Positions 1-8,000 of a DNA stretch of 28,061 nucleotides are shown here, one piece after another. The notes beneath the pieces are model-generated. The model ran no database searches. It was not told where the DNA came from and saw nothing but the letters and a program-made list of their open reading frames with translations. The translations under genes were made by a program, and so were the position numbers. The number at the start of each line of letters is the position of its first letter. Within the stretch, counting starts at the first letter, position 1. The stretch is from positions 1 to 28,061 of the IMG/VR virus record IMGVR_UViG_3300033076_001272; one strand, 5' to 3'. Source of the DNA: a virus. Taxonomy: Duplodnaviria; Caudoviricetes.

Positions 1-45
1 GAATCTTGTAACATCTATTAATTATAATTATTCTAATCTACAAAA

Positions 46-1041
46 TTACGAATTATTTATAACATTTCCAACTTTTTCAACCCATTTATTTTTATCACCG
101 AACCCCTTCAAAAACCCCTTTAATTTCTCAAATTCGGTCAGTTTTTTTTCATAAGGTGTTTCTATCAACTCATTAACTAAATCATCAAAATCATCTTTAT
201 TTTCAACCCTATAATCATATCTACAATCTACCCCCCAATCTTTATGTAATATTGGTAGCTTTCCATAATTAACCGCATCAAATATGGAATATCCAAATGG
301 TTCATTCTTATATGCCCCGTGAAATATCTGCCAACTTTTATCTATAAACCAATTACGATGTATATTCATATCAAATTCATAGAACTTACATCTTTTGAAG
401 TTATACATTTCTGATATATTGTAATAATCATATTTGTGAGTAAGAACTTTAGCCGAATGATTGGATAACCAATGTGGATTTTTTCTAGATTCAAAACGTG
501 CTGCATACCCTATTGTTTCAGAACACTCTTCAACTAATTTTCGTTCTTCCGTAAAAATATAGTAATTTGGTATAGTTATACAATCAAAATCATCTAATAA
601 AGGAGAATGATTTAATCCTATCCAAACTCTCTTTTTACATTTTCGTAGGAGTAAATTTTGCCAACCTAATTCTATTTTAGTTGGATACATTTTAAAATCC
701 GTTCCTGCTTCAGTTATATCCTTTGCATATGCCTGAATGAATATAGTATCCCATTTATCTTGATACTCCATTAGATATTCTCTATGTGAATATGGAGGAT
801 GTATAAAAATAATCTTCTTACACTTATCTAATATCTCTTCTGTCTTTTTAGGATTTTCTAAACGAAATGTATGAGGAATAGATATAGAAGATTCTATATG
901 ATTAGAACTTCTTTTATTATCAATTATAAGATGCACTTCTTCATTAAGAATAGGAACTATCTCTTTAATAAAATTATTAACCCATATATCACCCCCGCCA
1001 ATTATTTGATTTCCTGCGGATGTTGTAATCAAAACTATCAT
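46..1041 (-). CDS. GT-B fold glycosyltransferase (GT4-like)
   Basis: N-terminal Gly-rich loop IIGGGDIWV; GYAARFESRKN; C-terminal EPFGYSIFDAV..GKLPI resembling the ExFG motif of retaining GT-B enzymes. Confidence 0.75.
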   Translation of the reverse strand: MIVLITTSAGNQIIGGGDIWVNNFIKEIVPILNEEVHLIIDNKRSSNHIESSISIPHTFRLENPKKTEEILDKCKKIIFIHPPYSHREYLMEYQDKWDTIFIQAYAKDITEAGTDFKMYPTKIELGWQNLLLRKCKKRVWIGLNHSPLLDDFDCITIPNYYIFTEERKLVEECSETIGYAARFESRKNPHWLSNHSAKVLTHKYDYYNISEMYNFKRCKFYEFDMNIHRNWFIDKSWQIFHGAYKNEPFGYSIFDAVNYGKLPILHKDWGVDCRYDYRVENKDDFDDLVNELIETPYEKKLTEFEKLKGFLKGFGDKNKWVEKVGNVINNS

Positions 1042-1044
1042 TAA

Positions 1045-1542
1045 TTAAAGTTCAGTATAGTGTAAAAAAGTTTGAATTACCATTTGATTTTTATTACACT
1101 CTAACGGATCTCTCCAATGTTCCAACTCTCTTCCATTTACCAATGAAGCAACTCCGATTAATGTAGGAGCTTCAATAATAGTATCATCTGAATTTTTAAT
1201 TTTTAATGGCCAATCCGTTTGTAAATCTGAATAGATACAAACTGAAATTGTCCAATCTAAACCTTCTCTATCAACATGAGGTGCCAAAAAAGAATCTTTT
1301 TTATAAACTCTGGTATATGGGTTTGCAATTCTCAAAGGTTTCCCACATGTAGTAGTTGCTAATTCCAAAAATCTACTCAATAAATACCAAGAAGTAGTAT
1401 TAACTCCTCCTACTGAATTTTTATAATACGCCGTATCCAATTCAGCTGTGAATTTACCGATACTTTCTTCTTGAATTATTTCTTTTTTTAAAAAATAACA
1501 TTCATAATCATTTAATATTTTACCTAAATCGTAATATTGCAT
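1045..1542 (-). CDS. 2OG-Fe(II) oxygenase superfamily protein
   Basis: RVYKKDSFLAPHVDR (HxD), distal His in LEHWRDPL, C-terminal QTFLHY strand. Confidence 0.8.
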   Translation of the reverse strand: MQYYDLGKILNDYECYFLKKEIIQEESIGKFTAELDTAYYKNSVGGVNTTSWYLLSRFLELATTTCGKPLRIANPYTRVYKKDSFLAPHVDREGLDWTISVCIYSDLQTDWPLKIKNSDDTIIEAPTLIGVASLVNGRELEHWRDPLECNKNQMVIQTFLHYTEL

Positions 1543-1552
1543 AATTTATATT

Positions 1553-2122
1553 TTATTTTTTATCACATCCACAATCAAATGAACGTTGTCTTACCCATAC
1601 AACTGCAATCCATTTTACTCCTTTTTCTACCGGTAATCCAGCGTGAAGAGATTCATAATCTATTTCTCCATTTGGATACATATTACTCCACATAAGTAAT
1701 CTACCTGTTCTAGGGGTTACTTTTATTTTTTTAGTAGGAAATTCAGTCTCTCCTCCTTCAAAATCTTCGTTCAAATAAAACAAACAAGTTATTACTCTTT
1801 GACCACCTTGTTTTAAAGCCGCATCTGTATATGATTCTCCCAAAGGGAAAAAATCATGATGAGGTTTGTATTCTCCCCCAACTTCATATTTTACAACATG
1901 AATTACTTCTTGATTTTCAATAGGATGACTAGATTTTGTTGCAACTATATTTTTTATCTTATCAGTAAGTTCATTTTTTTCTCTAATCCAACTATTTTGA
2001 GCAGTTCTATATCCATCAATTTCAGTTCCTAATGTTTTAGCAGAACTCATATTTTTAGAACCCATTCCTATTAACTGATAACATTCTGCTTCGGTTAATT
2101 GATAATCTATAATTGCAATCAT
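1553..2122 (-). CDS. Prolyl 4-hydroxylase-like 2OG-Fe(II) dioxygenase
   Basis: LTEAECYQLI, RTAQNSW, VVKYEVGGEYKPHHDFF (HxD), GQRVITCLFYLNEDFEGGETEFP, LHAGLPVEKGVKW (distal His plus 2OG-binding Lys): full collagen/plant-type P4H motif series. Confidence 0.9.
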   Translation of the reverse strand: MIAIIDYQLTEAECYQLIGMGSKNMSSAKTLGTEIDGYRTAQNSWIREKNELTDKIKNIVATKSSHPIENQEVIHVVKYEVGGEYKPHHDFFPLGESYTDAALKQGGQRVITCLFYLNEDFEGGETEFPTKKIKVTPRTGRLLMWSNMYPNGEIDYESLHAGLPVEKGVKWIAVVWVRQRSFDCGCDKK

Positions 2123-2137
2123 AACATTTTATTTATA

Positions 2138-2146
2138 TATAAATAT
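2138..2146 (-). promoter_or_regulatory. ATATTTATA motif, putative phage (late) promoter
   Basis: Recurrent intergenic motif; here it overlaps a perfect 16-bp palindrome TATTTATATATAAATA (2130-2145) just upstream of the P4H start. Confidence 0.5.
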
Positions 2147-2151
2147 ATATT

Positions 2152-2952
2152 TTATTGAATTAAACTCAAATTTGGTAAAATATATTTATCATATAAATTA
2201 CTTCGTATATCCTTAAATTCCATCAATTTTTTCAAAAATGGTTGATATAATTCAATATATTCAGATGGTGATTTGTAAGTAAATGGTTGTTTGGCATAAT
2301 CAGTTGTAAATTGTTTATGTCTTTGAAAATTATCTGGTCTTTGAAATTCATCATAATTACTCTGTTTGTGCCCACCTATATCATTAGTATCAGACCAATA
2401 AAAACAATATCCAGGAATAGCAATTTCATCAACTTTCATTTTTCCTTCTTTTTCAATAGCCTCAAACCAACCTAAATGCTCAGCTCCAGATGCTCCTATT
2501 TTAAATCCATATTTATTTATAGCATCCATTGAAACTATAAAACTTGCTTCTAAATAATTAAAATATAAATTTGGCTCACACCCAAAATGTTTGATAAAAC
2601 TTTTTTCGGGTTTCCATGCTAAAGAATTTGTTTTTGTTATACCATCCACACATTGTCTTATATTCCATGGAAAGAAAATATCATCATCATCCCAAGTTAT
2701 ATAATAATCTCCATCTGCAAAAAATTTAGCATCTCTACGAATTGATGCAGTATTATCATATTCTTTTTTTGTATAAAAATCAATATTATTATTTATAATT
2801 TTTATATTATGAATATCTTTGAAAGTTTCATCCAATGAAATTGGATATTGAGTATCAGTATTATAAATTATTAATTCTTTATTTTCATAATCTTGATTTA
2901 AAAACATACTAATAGAACGCTCTACACAATTAAAACGTCTATATGTTGTCAT
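2152..2952 (-). CDS. GT-A fold family 2-like glycosyltransferase (open frame extends upstream of the ATG)
   Basis: (KKVSCV)MTTYRR..VERSISMFLNQDYENKELIIYN and ADGDYYITWDDDDIFFP (DxD) motifs. Confidence 0.8.
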   Translation of the reverse strand: MTTYRRFNCVERSISMFLNQDYENKELIIYNTDTQYPISLDETFKDIHNIKIINNNIDFYTKKEYDNTASIRRDAKFFADGDYYITWDDDDIFFPWNIRQCVDGITKTNSLAWKPEKSFIKHFGCEPNLYFNYLEASFIVSMDAINKYGFKIGASGAEHLGWFEAIEKEGKMKVDEIAIPGYCFYWSDTNDIGGHKQSNYDEFQRPDNFQRHKQFTTDYAKQPFTYKSPSEYIELYQPFLKKLMEFKDIRSNLYDKYILPNLSLIQ

Positions 2953-2969
2953 TACACATGATACTTTTT

Positions 2970-3848
2970 TTAGAATTTTTTTTTTATTTTGTGACAGTTA
3001 TCACATTCTTTATATTTTTCTGAAAGCCAAAGTAAATAACTTCTCTCATCTCCTCCAAAATCTTTTAAATCATTTACAAAATCCATTATAGGATTAAAAT
3101 GAGTCCAATTACATATTTCTCTATATGGAGGAGTCGGTGAATTATTATTTATGTATTTATGCCAAATTATATTTTTAGGAATTGCCCAAATATCATATCC
3201 ACTTTTAAATAATAATAGTGAATATATTTCTTGTTCCATTGTTGGATTGTAATATTTATCAACTTTTAAAACATTTACAATTTCACCTTTCCCAAATAAA
3301 TTACCACCTGATATTGATATTATTTTTTCATAATCCGAGTTAGGGGCTCTCTGACAATGTGGTGAGATAAAATCCGATGTCCAAGTTGGAGCATTTGGTT
3401 CATATATTGTAGTTATACTTCTTTTACTATATTCTTCATAACTTTCTCCAAACTCAAATGATTGTGGAAAAACACTAATAACTCCTTTTGATGGAATACC
3501 TTTTAATTGTGTTATATATTCAGTATCCCACCCTATTAAGAATCTACTATGAGAATCTACACATAAAAAATAATCTTCATTACCATATAGTTCCTTTAAT
3601 ATCTCATTTCTAGCCCAACCACATCCCTGTGCCTTATCCCATTCAACCGCTTTAAATCTTATCTGATTTCCATATTCATATTCACCCAACCATTTTGAAA
3701 TATTAATAATTTCTTCTCTGGTATCCTGAATAAATAATCCTATTATTATCCTATTAGGATATTCTGCTTTTTCAAAACAATCTATTATTGTATTTTTTAC
3801 ATCAATATCCTTATACGAAGCAATACTTACAAATATAGTTTCATTCAT
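2970..3848 (-). CDS. Gnt1/GT60-like polypeptide GlcNAc transferase (Skp1-hydroxyproline GlcNAc transferase family)
   Basis: TIFVSIASYKD, AEYPNRIIIGLFIQ, AQGCGWAR, EDYFLCVDSHSRF..GWD (DSH motif), late IWH: motif order typical of the GlcNAc/GT60 family. Confidence 0.85.
   Translation of the reverse strand: MNETIFVSIASYKDIDVKNTIIDCFEKAEYPNRIIIGLFIQDTREEIINISKWLGEYEYGNQIRFKAVEWDKAQGCGWARNEILKELYGNEDYFLCVDSHSRFLIGWDTEYITQLKGIPSKGVISVFPQSFEFGESYEEYSKRSITTIYEPNAPTWTSDFISPHCQRAPNSDYEKIISISGGNLFGKGEIVNVLKVDKYYNPTMEQEIYSLLLFKSGYDIWAIPKNIIWHKYINNNSPTPPYREICNWTHFNPIMDFVNDLKDFGGDERSYLLWLSEKYKECDNCHKIKKKF
2976..2985 (-). repeat. A10 homopolymer at the GT60-GT2 junction (candidate slippage, frameshift or phase-variation site)
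   Basis: Ten T on the plus strand at 2976-2985; one extra A, or a -1 shift, joins the two reading frames. Confidence 0.6.
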
Positions 3849-3859
3849 ACTTTATTTTA

Positions 3860-4306
3860 TTAAACTGCACATAATATTACAGGATTTAAACTTCCATTAC
3901 TCGAATATGCAACATACGAACCATCTGAATAATATCCATCTGCAGGAATTCCAGTTCCATCTGAATACAATCTCATAAGAGTTGAATATTGCAATGTAGA
4001 TGCATCGATATAATAATGCAAATCATAAGCGGTATATGCAAAATTACAAGCACCATCAGCGGTATTACTTCTCTTACCCAAATCAACTGCATACCATGTC
4101 ATAGGTGCAGGTGTTGGTGGAGGTGGCGCGGGAGTTGAACATGGTGCATAATCAATATTAGTTACATATTGACCACTTATATAATATGAATATCCGGTAT
4201 TACCATCATAATACCACCCATCAGAAGCCTGAACGTAGCATCCCATGCTCAATCCCGTTGAACATCCTAATGTGGTTACATATAATGCGTTATTTCCTGC
4301 TGGCAT
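3860..4306 (-). CDS. Small Tyr/Gly/Cys-rich protein with TPAPPPPTPAP linker; putative fibre-associated protein
   Basis: Two related segments (SDGWYYDG and ADGYYSDG) separated by a Pro-rich linker (4103-4135); position downstream of the tail fibre. Confidence 0.55.
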   Translation of the reverse strand: MPAGNNALYVTTLGCSTGLSMGCYVQASDGWYYDGNTGYSYYISGQYVTNIDYAPCSTPAPPPPTPAPMTWYAVDLGKRSNTADGACNFAYTAYDLHYYIDASTLQYSTLMRLYSDGTGIPADGYYSDGSYVAYSSNGSLNPVILCAV

Positions 4307-4321
4307 AATTTTATAATTTTT

Positions 4322-5002
4322 TTATAATATATTTCCCCAATTATTTTTAGCATCACAGGCGGTTGTTCCACTTGATAATTGAATTGTATAAACAGGTGCC
4401 GGTGTAGGTGGTGGTGGTGTTGGTGCTGGGGTTGCATTACAACTAACTACATTTCCTACCACTGTTGCTCCCTTTTGAGTAGCGGGTTGATATACATACG
4501 CAATATAACTTCCATTCGGAACATTATAAAATGTATGTTCCGTTGGGTATGTTGGATTAGTAGTAGCATATGTAGCCGGGTTACCACTTTGATCACTATA
4601 ACCTACTAAATAAGAATAAGGGCCTCCTCCAGTAATACTATATAACCTCAAAGTTCCAGTTCCAGGAGTTCCATCTCCCGCACATCCTACTTGCACACTA
4701 AATGATATAGGTGGTGCGGTAGGCGGAGGGGTTGGTGCCGGTGTAGGTGGTGGTGGTGTTGGAAATGGTGTCGGTGCCGGTGTAGGAGCAGGTGTAGGAG
4801 CAGGTGTAGGTGGTGGGGGAGTTCCGATACCTTTTCCATAAAACTCATCCATAGAAGCTGGATTACTACCATCAGTTGTGTAAGATACACCAAAAAGGGT
4901 AGCAGCGGTAGCCATATCTATTTGCTGCTCATAAGGAGATGCCTGTCCCCTTTGAATATTAAAATCTTTAAACGATATTATTCCACTTAATGGTAATGCC
5001 AT
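4322..5002 (-). CDS. Putative tail-fibre tip adhesin with Pro/Thr-rich stalks and an SprB-like beta module
   Basis: Start overlaps the fibre stop (TAATG). N-terminus MALPLSGIISF...SMDEFYGK is of the type that follows S74 fibres. 38-aa and 13-aa P/T/A tracts flank C.G..GTL..ITGGGPYSY..FYNVPNGSY. Confidence 0.6.
   Translation of the reverse strand: MALPLSGIISFKDFNIQRGQASPYEQQIDMATAATLFGVSYTTDGSNPASMDEFYGKGIGTPPPPTPAPTPAPTPAPTPFPTPPPPTPAPTPPPTAPPISFSVQVGCAGDGTPGTGTLRLYSITGGGPYSYLVGYSDQSGNPATYATTNPTYPTEHTFYNVPNGSYIAYVYQPATQKGATVVGNVVSCNATPAPTPPPPTPAPVYTIQLSSGTTACDAKNNWGNIL
4395..4762. repeat. Pair of identical 29-bp direct repeats GGTGCCGGTGTAGGTGGTGGTGGTGTTGG (4395-4423 and 4734-4762)
   Basis: Direct reading; offset 339 bp, in frame. 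Confidence 0.85.
4709..4822 (-). repeat. Coding tandem repeats (PTPA)n / PPPP
   Basis: Encodes TPPPPTPAPTPAPTPAPTPFPTPPPPTPAPTPPPTAPP; 12-bp unit GGTGTAGGAGCA. Confidence 0.9.
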
Positions 5003-8000
5003 TATCTATTCTTTTTTAATTCTTCAATTTGAGTTTTCAATTCCTTGATCGATTGTATTAATAAAGGAACAATTTTTTCATATCTAACTGCCAAATATCC
5101 ATCTGGTCTTTTAGCAACAACTTCGGGTAATACTGATTGAATTTCTTGTGCAATTACACCAACATCATGTTTTCTAAAATGAAAATCATCTTCTCCTTTT
5201 CCACCACTTTCTTTATCAATAAATTCATCAGTCCAATCAAATTCAACTCCATCTATTTTATCTATTTTATCCAATGCATTTTCAATTGGAGTAATATTTT
5301 CTTTTAATCGTTTATCAGATGAAGAGTATGCAGTAATATTTCCAGTGGCAGTAATTGCACCGCCCACTTCTAACATAGTTCCACTTCCTGCGGCTCTATC
5401 CATAACTACATAAGTGCTTGCATCTCTACTAACTTGCACTCCACCCGCGATAACTTCAACAAATGAGTTTGCTCCAGCTAAGGTAACACTTACAGCAGGT
5501 TGGTTGTATAAATTAGCACTAAAATATGTCATACCTTGATATGTCCATTTAAATCTCTGATAAATTGTCCAAGTATTACCATTACCCAATAATGAAAGAG
5601 AAACAACTTTTCCATTTATAGCAGCCCATGTAACACTACTACCGAAAGTTATACCATCTTTATATTCGGCAACTACTGATGTAGTTACACCATCATTAAG
5701 AAGTATCTGAGACCACACATCTATTGTATTAGGAGTTCCTGATGTTATTGTTAATGCAGTTGTTCCGTTTGCCTCTGTAAAAGTTGTTGTTATATTGTAT
5801 GTTCTATTAAGAACACTTACCATTGTTCCTAAAGTTCTATCAAAATTTCCAGGATTAAATGTACCCGTATTATTTGCACTAGTACCAGATACTGTCGTAG
5901 GAGATCCTACACTACGAGAACTAAGAGAACTATTTGTATTAAAATTTACTCTAGGAACACCACTGGTATCTGCAATTGTTATAGTTTTAGCCGAAGAGTT
6001 TAATGAAATCGCACTAGGAACATATATCGATGAACTATCAATTGTCCAACCTCCTATTTTACCACCCGCTGCTGTTACATCGCCTGAAAAAGTTCCACCT
6101 GCTGCAACCAATGTTCCGGTAAATGAACCATTTGCAGCTTCTAATGTTCCTTTAAATCCACCATTTCCAGATGAATCCACATAAAAAGTTTTTGTAGCAA
6201 ATCTACCATTATCTAAATCCAATATAGTTCCCGCAGTAGTATAAGGAGTTCCAGCTGAATAGTTTGTGGAAATTATTTTTCCGGTTGATATATTACTACC
6301 ATTAATTAAGGTAGTTCCAGCTACACCAAATGAAAGAGTATTAGAACCATCGCTAACATTATTAGCTGCGGTGAATGATACCAATCCACTAAATCCAATA
6401 GCCTGAGTAGGAGTTCCGAAAGTTACCGAACCTACTCCTGATCCAGCTGAAGTTTCTACCGCAGTATAAGTTGCATACCAATATTTGTTACTATTACCAC
6501 TTGCATAAGTTGGTGCTCCAGTTCCCCAATTGGTAGTTAATCCACTAAATGTTCCATCACTAAATGTGTAAGATGTTGCCGTTGGGCCTGATGGTGCAGT
6601 TGTTGAAGTTAATTGATAATGAACCATACCTGCCGCAGTTCTTAATCCGTTTGTTCCATTACTTCCAGGTGCTCCAGCAGAACCACTTGCTCCAGTAACA
6701 CCAGCTATCGCCTTTACAGCAGATACATTTATTGTTTTACTAGCTGAAGTTCCTTCACTATCTGTATAATTTATACCTATACTTGCAGATGCTGCCGGCA
6801 CTCCATTTGCAATTGTTCCTAATGTTAAAGTTTTTGTAGAAATACTAGCTCCGGTAAAATTAGAACTTAATATTGATGCTGAATTGAATACCGAAGATGT
6901 TCCTTCTAAGGCTTCTAATGCGACAGTTTGTAAAGTACCCGTTTGAACACTTTGAGATGTTGCGGCTACAGTTTGAGTTTGAGGAGTTGCAGTTAATAAT
7001 ACCGATGGAGCTGCTTTCTTAACTTTTGTTAAAGATATACCTCCATAAACATATCTAGTACTTCCTTCACTATCCGATACCGAACGTGTTACATATACCT
7101 CAACCGAATCTAAATTAGATGGTAAATTTGGTAAATTAATTGTATTAGGTGTATTACTTGTTATACCCGTATATAATCCAGAACTACTTGCAATTATAAT
7201 AGCTCCACTTAAACTTCTTATATTAGTGCTTCCATCATAAATTTCCCTTACCAATAAACTTGCAGTTTGGAAAGGGGTTATTTGAACTCCAGTTGATTTA
7301 GCATCACTTGATTGATTATTATTTGCAATAGATAATTCTAATACCGGTGCAGCTTTCTTTGCCTTTGAGTATGATACTAATTTTGAAAAACTAGCAGATG
7401 TTTGATTATCTCCTGCTAAATATTTTATTGTTAAATTTAAAGATGCGGAATCCGAATTAGCATCTATCGCTGATATACCATATGAATTTGTAGAAGGTGA
7501 TGTGCTTATTGGAGTGCAATTTGTTCCAACTACACTTTGTATATCAAAACTATTAGCGCTTGCATTTCCATCAACAAAAGGAATTATATTAGAACCAACT
7601 CTAACACTAACACTACCATTTCCTAAAGATAAATATCCGCTATTAACTACACCACTTGATGATGCAGGAAATGATGTTGCCTCATTTGTCAATACAACTG
7701 AAACTCCATCAAAATTCATAACTGGTGTTATTTTTACTAAATCATAATATTCATTTGAAAATTCATCTGAACCGGTGAAATAATAACTCATTTCTCCTAA
7801 TGAATATGCATATGCAGAACCGGTTAATTGATAGGTTGTTATACCATCAATATCGGTTGATAATAATTGTAATGGAGGTGCTCCAGCTGTTTTAGAATAA
7901 GTTAAAGAACCACTAATTAAATTTTGTTTTTTAACACTAAAAATTATAGTTTGACCGATTGGCTTTAAACTAGGACCAGTCGGTTCATATATAAATTGAT

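Noticed and set aside
1-14. Possible start of another minus-strand gene (ATG TTA CAA GAT at 14)
   Set aside because: Only four codons are visible, too few to support a call.
4394-4822. G-rich repeats as a CRISPR array or functional G-quadruplex
   Set aside because: There is no repeat-spacer periodicity, and the G runs are explained by Pro codons on the opposite strand.
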